Assembly (NCBI GenBank): GCA_963704725.1
Contig: OY969934.1
Span: 1,376,001-1,440,000, forward strand
Length of the DNA: 64,000 nt
Direction of reading: 5' to 3'
Origin: an uncultured Actinomycetes bacterium
Lineage (GTDB): Bacteria; Actinomycetota; UBA4738; HRBIN12
The notes under the pieces were generated by a model. It worked only from the letters and a program-made list of their open reading frames with translations, was not told where the DNA came from and did no database searches. A program made the translations under genes and the position numbers. Positions within the stretch are counted from its first letter, which is position 1, and the number at the start of each line of letters is the position of its first letter. Positions 28,335 to 37,304 of the stretch are shown piece after piece.

Positions 28335-28407
28335 CCCGCCGGACGATCGAGCCACCGCACCGGATCGATAGGTCCACCCACCCAGGAATCGGCACCCAGG
28401 AGGCGTC

Positions 28408-29745
28408 GTGAGGGTCCTCGTCCTCGTGGACGGCGAGCACTATCCACCCGTCACCCGGTGGGGGATCGAGGTCGCCCGAGGACGGGGCCTCGACCCCGTC
28501 GCCGCGCTGCTGGTCGGCGGCGTCGAGAAGCTGCGGCCGGGGGAGGCGCTCGACCTGGGAACCCCGGTCCGGATCGCGGGCGAGGACGTCGCCGCCTCCC
28601 TCGCCGCGGCAATCGAGGACCTGGCGCCGGAGGGTCTGCAGGGCGTGCTCGATCTGTCCGACGAGCCCGTCCTGGGCTATCGGGAGCGGATGGAGCTGGC
28701 CGCCGTGACCCTGATCCGGGGGTTGCCGTACGTCGGCGCCGACTTCCGGCTCGACCCACCGATCGATGGCCCGCCGCTCGAGGTGCCGGCGCTCGCGGTG
28801 ATCGGGACCGGCAAGCGAACGGGCAAGACCGCCATCGCCGGCGAGGTCGCCCGGACCGCGGTGGCGATGGGAGCCCGTCCCGTCGTCGTGGCCATGGGCC
28901 GGGGCGGTCCGCTCGAGCCGCAGATCGCGCAGGCCGGCAGTGTCACGCTCGATCGGTTGCTCGAGCTGGTCCGCAGCGGAGAGCACGCGGCGTCGGACTA
29001 CCTCGAGGACGCGGTGACGACCGGCGTGACGACCGTCGGGGCCCGGCGTGCCGGCGGAGGGCTGGCCGGCCGGCCGGCCGCCACCAACCTCCGGGAGGCC
29101 GCCGAGCTCGCGACGGGTCTCGGCGCCGGGATCGTGATCCTGGAGGGGAGCGGCTCCGCGATCCCCCCGGTCCCCTGGGACGCCGGCGTGCTGGTTGCGC
29201 CCGCCTCGCTCCCCGTCGAGTACCTGGGGGGATACCTGGGACCGTTCCGACTCTTGCTATCCAACCTGGTCGTTGTTACCATGGGTGCCAGCCCAGCCGG
29301 GCTCGAGAACCTCCCTGTCTTCAGATCCCTCGTCCAGCGACTGCATGGTGATGCCCGGCTCATCGTGACGGATCTCCATCCACAGCCGCTCGGCGATGTC
29401 GAGGGCAAGGACGTGTTCTTCACCACGACGGCGCCGGGGCCGGTCGCGAAGAGGCAGGCCGGGTCCCTGGAACGGAACCACGGCTGCCGTGTGGTGGGGT
29501 GGAGCGCTCGTCTTGCCGACCGGGCGGGGCTGGCGCGAGACCTGGACGGCGCCGGAGGGTACGAGGTGCTGCTCACCGAGTTGAAGGCGGCCGCGGTGGA
29601 CGTGGCCTGCGAGCGGGCCCTCGCGCGGGGCGCGGAGGTCGTGTTCGTCGACAACCGGCCCGTCCCGATGGAGGGCGAACCCGATCTCGGGTCCGCGCTG
29701 AGGGAGACGATCGAGCTGGCCGTGGAGCGGAAAGCCGACAGATGA
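28408..29745 (+). CDS. cpgS: Cyclic 2,3-diphosphoglycerate synthetase
   Basis: LVDGEHYPPV, DLSDEPVL, IGTGKRTGKTA, MGRGGP, HAASDYLED, RRAGGGLAG, LEGSG and LLTELKAAAVD match the CpgS motif series as I recall it. Confidence 0.88.
   Translation: MRVLVLVDGEHYPPVTRWGIEVARGRGLDPVAALLVGGVEKLRPGEALDLGTPVRIAGEDVAASLAAAIEDLAPEGLQGVLDLSDEPVLGYRERMELAAVTLIRGLPYVGADFRLDPPIDGPPLEVPALAVIGTGKRTGKTAIAGEVARTAVAMGARPVVVAMGRGGPLEPQIAQAGSVTLDRLLELVRSGEHAASDYLEDAVTTGVTTVGARRAGGGLAGRPAATNLREAAELATGLGAGIVILEGSGSAIPPVPWDAGVLVAPASLPVEYLGGYLGPFRLLLSNLVVVTMGASPAGLENLPVFRSLVQRLHGDARLIVTDLHPQPLGDVEGKDVFFTTTAPGPVAKRQAGSLERNHGCRVVGWSARLADRAGLARDLDGAGGYEVLLTELKAAAVDVACERALARGAEVVFVDNRPVPMEGEPDLGSALRETIELAVERKADR
29254..29282 (+). 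promoter_or_regulatory. Internal sigma70 promoter within cpgS
   Basis: TTGCTA-N17-TACCAT with extended TG, in a locally AT-richer patch. Confidence 0.55.
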
Positions 29746-30755
29746 CGCCAGACACCGGTACCCCTTCCCGATCCGGGACGGGGCCCGACACCGGTTCCGA
29801 GAGCAGGAACGAGCCTCGGAGCCCGCGCATCCTCATCCACGACGGTCCGTCCGGACTGCCGTACTCGAAGGGTCTGCGAGCGTCCGAGGTCATGGTGACC
29901 GGTCTGTCGCCATATCGCGCCTACCAGGTCGCCGAGGCCGTGGAGCAGCGGCTGCTCGAGCGGGGCGCGGCCTCCGCGACGAGCGAGGAGCTGGGTGACC
30001 TGACCCTCGAGGTCATCGAGGAGCTGGCCGGCGAGCGGTACGCCGACAACTACCGGCGGTGGCGGGAGGTGGAGGCGCTCGACGTCCCGATGGTCGTCCT
30101 GATCGGCGGGGCGACGGGGGTCGGGAAGTCGACCATCGCCACCCAGCTCGCGACGCGACTGGGGATCGTCCGGGTCGTCGCCACCGACGCGGTTCGAGAG
30201 GTCCTGCGCGCCGTCTTCTCCCGGGAGCTCATGCCGACCCTGCACACGTCGTCGTTCGAGGCGGGGGAGGTGCTGCGGGAGCCGCCATCGCGCGACGCGG
30301 TGGTGGTGGGGTTCCGCGAGCAGACGGCCGCCGTCGCGGTCGGCGTGAACGCGCTCCTGGATCGCGCAGCGATGGAGGGGACGAGCCTCATCATCGAGGG
30401 CGCGCATATCGTCCCGGGGTTCCTCGAGGCGAGCGCCTGGGAAGACCGCGTGCTGGCGGTGCCGGTGATCCTCACCGTGGACGAGGAGGATGCGCATCGC
30501 AGTCACTTCGCGGCTCGCGCGGCCGATCACGCGGGCCGATCCGCCTCCCGGTACCTCGAGCAGTTCGACCACATCCGGCGGGTGCAGCGCTACATCAAGA
30601 ACCAGGCGCTCTCGCACGGCGTGCCGGTCATCTCCAACTTCAACTTCGACCGCACCCTGGCGGCCGTCATCGACCTCGTGATGGAGCGCGCGACCGGGCG
30701 GATCGCGGGTCACCGCCCGCGCGTCGGATCCGCGACCGAAGGAGGGACCCCGTGA
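29742..30755 (+). CDS. pgk2: 2-phosphoglycerate kinase (ATP-cone plus P-loop)
   Basis: LPYSKGL, LIGGATGVGKSTIA, ATDAVREV, PTLHTSSF and IIEGAHIVPG; ATGA overlap with cpgS. Confidence 0.87.
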   Translation: MTPDTGTPSRSGTGPDTGSESRNEPRSPRILIHDGPSGLPYSKGLRASEVMVTGLSPYRAYQVAEAVEQRLLERGAASATSEELGDLTLEVIEELAGERYADNYRRWREVEALDVPMVVLIGGATGVGKSTIATQLATRLGIVRVVATDAVREVLRAVFSRELMPTLHTSSFEAGEVLREPPSRDAVVVGFREQTAAVAVGVNALLDRAAMEGTSLIIEGAHIVPGFLEASAWEDRVLAVPVILTVDEEDAHRSHFAARAADHAGRSASRYLEQFDHIRRVQRYIKNQALSHGVPVISNFNFDRTLAAVIDLVMERATGRIAGHRPRVGSATEGGTP

Positions 30756-31414
30756 AGCTGTTCCTGGACACCGCGAACATCGAGGAGATCCGAGAGATCA
30801 ACCGATGGGGCGTGCTGCGTGGCGTGACCACGAACCCGTCGCTGATCTTCAAGGAGAAGCTGGACCCGGAGCGGGTATGGAAGGAGATCCTGGCCGAGGT
30901 CGACGGCGACGTGTCGCTCGAGACCACCGAGCCCGAGCCGGGCCCGATGTACGAGGAGGGGCTCCGGCTGGCCCAGATGGCCCCGAACGCCGTCGTGAAG
31001 GTCCCCATGACGGAGGCCGGGCTCGAGGCCGGCAAGCGCCTCGTCGACGACGGGATCCGGATCAACGTGACGCTCGTGTTCTCCCCGGCCCAGGCGATCC
31101 TGGTGGCCGAGGTGGGCGCGTACATCGTGTCCCCGTTCCTGGGGCGACTGGACGACGCCGCGGCAGACGGGATGGACGTCCTTCGGAAGATCTGCGAGAT
31201 CTACGAGGTTCAGGGGTATGAGACCAACGTGCTGGCCGCGTCCCTGCGGCATCCCATGCACGTCGTCGAATCCGCGCTCGCCGGGGCCGACATCGCCACG
31301 ATGCCGTATGCGGTCTTCAAGCAACTGGTCAAGCACCCGCTCACCGACGTTGGAAACGAGAAGTTCCTCCGGGACTGGACGTCCCTCAAGGAGGAGCTGG
31401 AGAAGGGAGCCTGA
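30752..31414 (+). CDS. tal: Transaldolase / fructose-6-phosphate aldolase (short type)
   Basis: FLDTAN, GVTTNPSL, VVKVP, NVTLVFS, SPFLGRLDD and HPLTD. Confidence 0.92.
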   Translation: MKLFLDTANIEEIREINRWGVLRGVTTNPSLIFKEKLDPERVWKEILAEVDGDVSLETTEPEPGPMYEEGLRLAQMAPNAVVKVPMTEAGLEAGKRLVDDGIRINVTLVFSPAQAILVAEVGAYIVSPFLGRLDDAAADGMDVLRKICEIYEVQGYETNVLAASLRHPMHVVESALAGADIATMPYAVFKQLVKHPLTDVGNEKFLRDWTSLKEELEKGA

Positions 31415-33118
31415 GTGGCAACCATGGAGAAGAGCGCCCTCGAGGGCAAGGTCGCGTCCGAGCTGCACCAGATCGCGTCCGACCTCGGGATCGAGGGGCA
31501 CAAGGGGCTCAAGAAGGCCGATCTGATCGATCGCATCCTGACGCACGCCAACGGCGCGCGGTCGGGCGGCGTCGCGACGGCGCCGGCCCCGGCCCCCGCG
31601 CCGGAGTTGACGGCCGGCCCGGCCGAGGAACGTCGGGCCGCCGGCAACGGCGAGGCACGCATCGACATGCGCCCCGCCCCAGGCAACGGAGAAGGCAGCT
31701 CGCAGGAGCGTCGGGACGACCGTCCGCCGCGCGACCGGTTCGAGCCCCGCGGGGGCGATCGGACGAACGTGCGCGAGGGTGGTCCTGTTCGCGACCGTGA
31801 GGGGGGTCCTCCCCGCGGCCGCGAGGGCGGGCAGCAGCGCGAGGGCGGTCCTCCCCGCGACCGCGAGGGCGGGCAGCAGCGCGAGGGCGGTCCTGCCCGC
31901 GACCGCGACGCGAGCCGTCGCCGGCCGTCCCGGGAGGAGCGCCGCCGACAGCGGGAAGAGCGCCGGGTTCGCGAGTTCGAGGTCCGCGAGGAGGAGCTCG
32001 CCACCGCCCCGACCGCGACCGGGCTGCTCGACATCCTGCCCGAGGGATACGGGTTCCTGCGGACCTCCGGGTTCCTGCCGGGCCCGCAGGACATCTACGT
32101 CTCGCTGTCGCAGGTCCGTCGGTTCATGCTGCGCAAGGGCGACACGGTCACCGGCAAGGTGCGCCAGCCGAAGGACAGCGAGAAGTACTTCGCGCTGCTG
32201 CAGATCGACACCGTGAACGGCGTCGACCCCGAGACTGCGAAGGCCCGGCCCGTCTTCGAGAAGCTGACGCCGCTGTTCCCGCACGATCGGTTCCGGCTGG
32301 AGACCGGACCGACCGACGTGACCGGCCGCATCATCGACATGGTCTCCCCGATCGGCAAGGGGCAGCGGGGGATGGTCGTCTCCCCGCCGAAGGCCGGCAA
32401 GACGACCGTGCTGAAGAACATCGCAAACGGGATGATCGCCTCGAGCCCGGACACGCACGTGATCATCCTGCTCGTCGACGAACGGCCCGAGGAGGTCACG
32501 GACTGGCAGCGCACGGTGTCGGCGGCGGAGGTCGTCTACTCGACCTTCGACAAGCCGCCGGACCAGCACATCCAGGTGACCGAGCTCGTGCTCGAGCGGG
32601 CCAAGCGTCTGGCCGAGATGGGCAAGGACGTCACGATCATCCTCGACTCGATCACCCGGCTCGCGCGCGCGTACAACCTCGCCGCGCCGGCCTCGGGCAA
32701 GATCCTGTCGGGGGGCATCGACTCGACGGCCCTGTACCCGCCGCGGCGGTTCTTCGGCGCCGCCCGCAACATCGAGGAGGGCGGCTCGCTCACGATCATC
32801 GCGAGCGCGCTCGTCGAGACCGGCTCCCGGATGGACGAGGGTATCTTCGAGGAGTTCAAGGGCACGGGGAACATGGAGATCCGCCTCGACCGCCAGATGG
32901 CCGAGAAGCGCATCTTCCCCGCGATCAACGTCGAGGCCTCCAGCACGCGCAAGGAGGAGCTGCTCCTGCCGACCGAGGAGCTCGCGCTGGTCTGGCGGCT
33001 CCGACGGGTGCTGCACGCGCTCGAGCCGGGCGCCGCGCTCGAGCTCCTCACCGACAAGATCCGTCAGACGAAGTCCAACGAGCAGTTCCTGAGGGAGATC
33101 GCCAAGGCCCCGTCGTAA
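31415..33118 (+). CDS. rho: Transcription termination factor Rho with N-terminal insertion
   Basis: GYGFLR, DIYVS, PIGKGQRG, PPKAGKT, DERPEEVTD and EEFKGTGNME. Confidence 0.97.
   Translation: MATMEKSALEGKVASELHQIASDLGIEGHKGLKKADLIDRILTHANGARSGGVATAPAPAPAPELTAGPAEERRAAGNGEARIDMRPAPGNGEGSSQERRDDRPPRDRFEPRGGDRTNVREGGPVRDREGGPPRGREGGQQREGGPPRDREGGQQREGGPARDRDASRRRPSREERRRQREERRVREFEVREEELATAPTATGLLDILPEGYGFLRTSGFLPGPQDIYVSLSQVRRFMLRKGDTVTGKVRQPKDSEKYFALLQIDTVNGVDPETAKARPVFEKLTPLFPHDRFRLETGPTDVTGRIIDMVSPIGKGQRGMVVSPPKAGKTTVLKNIANGMIASSPDTHVIILLVDERPEEVTDWQRTVSAAEVVYSTFDKPPDQHIQVTELVLERAKRLAEMGKDVTIILDSITRLARAYNLAAPASGKILSGGIDSTALYPPRRFFGAARNIEEGGSLTIIASALVETGSRMDEGIFEEFKGTGNMEIRLDRQMAEKRIFPAINVEASSTRKEELLLPTEELALVWRLRRVLHALEPGAALELLTDKIRQTKSNEQFLREIAKAPS
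31772..31908 (+). repeat. Imperfect 42-bp in-frame tandem repeat in the rho insertion
   Basis: Encodes REGGPPRGREGGQQ-REGGPPRDREGGQQ-REGGPARDR. Confidence 0.8.
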
Positions 33119-33135
33119 GCTGAAGGGCCGTTCGC

Positions 33136-33210
33136 CTCAAGCAGCGCGAGGCGCGATAGGCGGGACCCAGGAACGGCTTCGCTCTCGAAGCCGTTCCTGA
33201 GAACAAGGAA
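33136..33210 (+). repeat. Motif-plus-hairpin element, copy 2 (rho-rpmE intergenic)
   Basis: CTCAAGCAGCG, then 14-bp hairpin caggaacggcttcg-ctct-cgaagccgttcctg (33168-33199), then AAGGAAG. Confidence 0.5.
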
Positions 33211-33218
33211 GGAGCGAC

Positions 33219-33506
33219 ATGAGACAGGGGATCCATCCCGAGTACCAGATCGCGACCGTGCACTGCTCCTGTGGCAACACGTTCCAGACCAGGAGCACGA
33301 AGTCGGAGCTTCGTGTGGAGATCTGCTCCAATTGCCACCCGTTCTACACGGGCAAGCAGAAGCTCGTCGACGCCGGCGGCCGCGTGGAGCGGTTCCAGCG
33401 CCGGTACGCCAAGCAGCAGGAGCAGCAGAAGGCCGCCGTGAGCGCCCGGAGAGCGTCCGCGCCGGCGCCGTCCGCCGAGCCCGAGCCGGCTCCCGAGCAG
33501 GGCTGA
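33219..33506 (+). CDS. rpmE: 50S ribosomal protein L31 (Zn-binding C+ type)
   Basis: [24 protein letters not shown] and GRVERF. Confidence 0.96.
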   Translation: MRQGIHPEYQIATVHCSCGNTFQTRSTKSELRVEICSNCHPFYTGKQKLVDAGGRVERFQRRYAKQQEQQKAAVSARRASAPAPSAEPEPAPEQG

Positions 33507-33541
33507 CCGCGATGTCCGAGCGGGCCTGACCGTCGGCCGGC

Positions 33542-34441
33542 ATGGCCGACGAGCCGACGACGCCGAACCACTTCTACGGCGGCCAGGCCGTGGTCGAGGG
33601 CGTCATGATGCGCGGCCGCGACGTGTGGGCCGTCGCGGTGCGAAAGCCGACGGGCGCGATCCACGTCGAGTCGCACGACATCGACTCTGTGATGCAGCGA
33701 CACCCGATGCTGGGCAAGCCGTTCCTGCGCGGGGTCATCGCGCTCGGTCAGGCACTCGGGATCGGGTTCCGGGCGCTGTCGATCTCCGCCCGCGAGGCCG
33801 CGCCCGAGGAGGAGCGGCTCAGCTCTCGGCAGATGGGCCTGTCGATGGCGATCGCCGGCATCTTGTTCATCGGAGTGTTCATCGTCCTGCCCGCCGCGAC
33901 CTTCCGGTGGGTGGGCCGGCACATCGACTCGAGCCTGCTGGTGAACGTGCTGGAGGGCCTGTTCCGCGTGGCGCTGTTCCTGGCCTACCTCATCGTGATC
34001 GGGCGGGCCAAGGACATCCGCCGCGTGTTCGCCTACCACGGCGCCGAGCACAAGACGATCGCGGCGTTCGAGCACGACGAGCCGCTCGTCCCCGATCGCG
34101 TCGACCGCTACTCGACCCTCCACGTGCGCTGCGGGACGAACTTCCTCCTGCTGGTCATGGTGATCACGATCTTCGTCTTCGCCCTGTTCGGGAACCCCGG
34201 GATCTGGTGGCGGATCGGCTCGCGGATCGCAGCCATCCCGATCATCGCCGGGCTGGCTTTCGAGCTGCTCCGGCTGGGGGCCAGGTTCCCGACGTCGATG
34301 GCCATGCGCGTCGTGATGACGCCCGGGCTGTGGCTGCAGAAGATCACGACGCAGCCGCCGGACCGCGACCAGATCGAGGTCGCGATCGCCTCGTTCAACG
34401 AGGTGCTCCGCCGCGAGGCCGAGCCGACCGGCGCGGCCTGA
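33542..34441 (+). CDS. DUF1385 family membrane protein
   Basis: GGQAVVEGVMMRG, YHGAEHK, HVRCGTNF and LQKITT. Confidence 0.9.
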   Translation: MADEPTTPNHFYGGQAVVEGVMMRGRDVWAVAVRKPTGAIHVESHDIDSVMQRHPMLGKPFLRGVIALGQALGIGFRALSISAREAAPEEERLSSRQMGLSMAIAGILFIGVFIVLPAATFRWVGRHIDSSLLVNVLEGLFRVALFLAYLIVIGRAKDIRRVFAYHGAEHKTIAAFEHDEPLVPDRVDRYSTLHVRCGTNFLLLVMVITIFVFALFGNPGIWWRIGSRIAAIPIIAGLAFELLRLGARFPTSMAMRVVMTPGLWLQKITTQPPDRDQIEVAIASFNEVLRREAEPTGAA

Positions 34442-34534
34442 TCGCATCCGACGATCCCAGCGCAGGTGCTTGCATCGGCTCCTGCCCCGTGTAGCGTCCT
34501 GGGGGTCCCCCCAGCGTTCCGAGGAGGCTTCCCC

Positions 34535-35332
34535 ATGGCCGCCACCAGGCTCGACCATCCCGTCTTCATCTCGGCCGACCAGATCCGCCGGCGCGAGTTC
34601 GTCACGACCCGGCGCGGCTACGACCCCGATCAGGTCCGCATCTACCTGGAGGAGCTCGCCGAGCAGGTCGACCTCATGGCCTCCATGATCCGCGAGGCCC
34701 GGCTGGAGGCGGACTCGGCGCTCCGTGCCGGCTTGCAGCCCGCCGACCCGTACGAGCGGCTGGCCGCGCGTGTGGCCTCGGTCCTGCGTGAGGCGGACGA
34801 GACCGCCGACCGGCTGCGGGTCGAGGGCCAGCGCGAGGCTGAGCGGATCACGATCGAGGCGCGAACGGATGCCGACCGGATCCGAACGGACGCGCAGGCC
34901 AAGGCGGAGCAGGCCCGGACCGAGGCCGAGCGAGCGTTGCGCGACGCCCGCGATCAGGCCGATCGCACGATCTCGGGGCTCGCCACGCGCCGGGAGGCGC
35001 TGGTCGAGCAGCTCGCGCAGATGCAGGAGCGGCTCCTCGGCGTGGCTCGCGAGCTCGAGGCCGCCATCGAGTCGCCGATGCAGGCGGACGACGCCGCCGG
35101 GGGGGACACCGAGGAGGTCTCGCCCGAACGGGTCGTCGACGTCCGCGGGCCCGAGGACCCGGGCGGGGACGTTCGCCGGATCGTGGCCGATGACATCCTC
35201 GAGGGGCTCGACGACCCCGCGTACGAGGAGCTCTGGGACGGGGCCGACGCGATGCAGCTCGAGGTCCCGAACATCCCGCCGCTCGACCTGTCCTGGGGCG
35301 ACGGCGACGACGAGCGCAACGGCTCGTCCTAG
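34535..35332 (+). CDS. DivIVA domain coiled-coil protein
   Basis: IRRREF...RGYDPDQVRIYLEELA, followed by EAE/ADR heptads and an acidic tail. Confidence 0.82.
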   Translation: MAATRLDHPVFISADQIRRREFVTTRRGYDPDQVRIYLEELAEQVDLMASMIREARLEADSALRAGLQPADPYERLAARVASVLREADETADRLRVEGQREAERITIEARTDADRIRTDAQAKAEQARTEAERALRDARDQADRTISGLATRREALVEQLAQMQERLLGVARELEAAIESPMQADDAAGGDTEEVSPERVVDVRGPEDPGGDVRRIVADDILEGLDDPAYEELWDGADAMQLEVPNIPPLDLSWGDGDDERNGSS

Positions 35333-35379
35333 CCCACGCCGCACGGGGCGCCACCTGCTCGTCCCGGGATAATCTCGGC

Positions 35380-36459
35380 ATGGACTTCGACGCGCGTCTC
35401 ACGGACGTCGAGGACCGCTACGAGCGGGTGCAGGCCGAGATGGCCGAACCCGGCGCCACGGCGGACCTCGACCGGTTGCGGCGGCTGGGCAAGGAATTCG
35501 CCGAGCTGCAGGAGATCGTCGCGCCCTACCGGGAGCTACGGCAAGCCCGGGCCCAGGCCGACGAGGCGCGATCGCTGGCCAAGGACGAGCGGGAGCCGGA
35601 GATGGCGGCGTTCCTGCGCGAGGAGGCCGACGCCGCCGACGCGCGGGCGGCGGAGATCCGGACCCGCCTCGAGGGACTGCTCGTACCGAAGGACCCCAAC
35701 GACGACAAGGACGTCGTCGTGGAGATCCGGGCCGGGGCGGGGGGCGAGGAAGCGTCGCTGTGGGCTGGGGAGCTCTTCGAGCTCTATCGCCACTACGCGG
35801 ACCGGCGTCGGTGGAAGACCGACGTGCTCTCGGCCTCGCCCTCGGACCTCGGGGGGTTCAAGGACGTCGTGCTGGAGGTGCGCGGCAAGGGTGCCTACTC
35901 GCGGCTGAAGCACGAGTCCGGCGTGCACCGCGTCCAGCGCGTGCCGGTGACCGAGTCCTCGGGCCGCATCCATACCTCGACCGCCACCGTGGCCGTGCTC
36001 CCCGAGGCCGAGGACGTCGAGGTCGAGATCCGGCCGGAGGACCTCCAGATCGACGTGTACCGCTCCTCCGGTCCGGGAGGACAGTCGGTGAACACGACGG
36101 ATTCCGCGGTCCGGATCACGCACAGGCCGACCGGGATCGTCGTGGCCTGCCAGGAGGAGCGGTCCCAGCTGCAGAACCGGGAGAAGGCGATGCGGTACCT
36201 ACGCGCGCGGCTGCTCCAACGCGCGCAGGAGGAGGCTGCGGCCAGGGAGGCGGCGACGCGCCGGTCGCAGGTTGGGACGGGCGAGCGGGCCGAGAAGATC
36301 CGCACGTACAACTTCCCCGAGAACCGCGTGACGGACCACCGTGTGAAGGTCACGCTCCACCAGCTGCAGAACGTCCTGGCCGGCGACATCGACGAGTTCG
36401 TGGACGCGCTGCTCGCCGCGGAGCGCGCGGCACAGCTCTCCGGCGACGGCGAGGGCTGA
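35380..36459 (+). CDS. prfA: Peptide chain release factor 1
   Basis: EIRAGAGGEEA, HRVQRVPVT (PxT), GPGGQ and RTYNF. Confidence 0.97.
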   Translation: MDFDARLTDVEDRYERVQAEMAEPGATADLDRLRRLGKEFAELQEIVAPYRELRQARAQADEARSLAKDEREPEMAAFLREEADAADARAAEIRTRLEGLLVPKDPNDDKDVVVEIRAGAGGEEASLWAGELFELYRHYADRRRWKTDVLSASPSDLGGFKDVVLEVRGKGAYSRLKHESGVHRVQRVPVTESSGRIHTSTATVAVLPEAEDVEVEIRPEDLQIDVYRSSGPGGQSVNTTDSAVRITHRPTGIVVACQEERSQLQNREKAMRYLRARLLQRAQEEAAAREAATRRSQVGTGERAEKIRTYNFPENRVTDHRVKVTLHQLQNVLAGDIDEFVDALLAAERAAQLSGDGEG

Positions 36460-36464
36460 GGCAG

Positions 36465-37295
36465 GTGCGCCCCGCGGAGGTCCTGCGCCGCGCCGCCGAC
36501 TACCTCGACCGCCACGGCGTCGAGAGTCCGAGGGAGAACGCCGAGCTCCTCCTGATGCACGTGCTCGAGACCGACCGGGCCGGCCTCTACGCGCGGACCG
36601 AGGGGCTCGACACGCGCCAGGCCCGGATCTTCGGACGGGCGCTGTGCCAGCGCTGCTCGGGCACGCCGTTGCAGCACCTCACCGGCGAGCAGGCGTTCTG
36701 CCGGCTCCGGCTCGAGGTGCGACCCGGCGTGTTCGTGCCCCGGCCGGAGACCGAGGTGCTGGTCGAGCACGCCCTGCGGGCTCTCGGCGCGGCGGAGGAC
36801 CCCGTCGTCGTGGACGTGGGAACGGGGACCGGCGCGATCGCCCTGGCCGTCAAGCACGAGCGCCCCGACGCGTCCGTGTTCGCGACGGACGTCTCGCCCG
36901 AGGCGGTGGAGTTGGCCCGGACGAACGCCCAACGGCTCGCGTTGGACATCCGCGTCCTGCAGGGCGCCCTCCTCGAGCCGTTGCCGGCCGAGCTGCGGGG
37001 GTGGGTCGACCTGGTCGTCAGCAACCCTCCCTACGTGACGACGCAGGAGTACGCCGACCTTCCCGCCGAGGTGCGGGCGGACCCGGAAGGTGCCCTCGTC
37101 GGCGGCCCGGAGGTCCATCGCCGGATCGCGGACGAGGCGTCGAGGTGGCTCCGCGACGGCGGGGTCCTCGCGGTCGAGATCGGCGCGCAGCAGGCGGCGG
37201 TCGTCACCGAGGGCCTCGCGGGCGACTACGGCGACGTCCGCGTCGAGCGCGACCTGGCCGGCCGCGACCGGGTGGTCGTCGCCCGGCGGGTCTGA
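36465..37295 (+). CDS. prmC: Release factor glutamine methyltransferase
   Basis: PLQHLTG, FVPRPETE, DVGTGTG and SNPPY. Confidence 0.95.
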   Translation: MRPAEVLRRAADYLDRHGVESPRENAELLLMHVLETDRAGLYARTEGLDTRQARIFGRALCQRCSGTPLQHLTGEQAFCRLRLEVRPGVFVPRPETEVLVEHALRALGAAEDPVVVDVGTGTGAIALAVKHERPDASVFATDVSPEAVELARTNAQRLALDIRVLQGALLEPLPAELRGWVDLVVSNPPYVTTQEYADLPAEVRADPEGALVGGPEVHRRIADEASRWLRDGGVLAVEIGAQQAAVVTEGLAGDYGDVRVERDLAGRDRVVVARRV

Positions 37296-37304
37296 GCGCG
37301 TCCG

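Noticed and set aside
31772-31908. Repeats as a possible CRISPR array
   Set aside because: In-frame coding repeats in rho, with no unique spacers and no cas genes
33124-33139. AGGGCCGTTCGCCTCA as a DosR-like box
   Set aside because: Single partial match in GC-rich DNA with no second box
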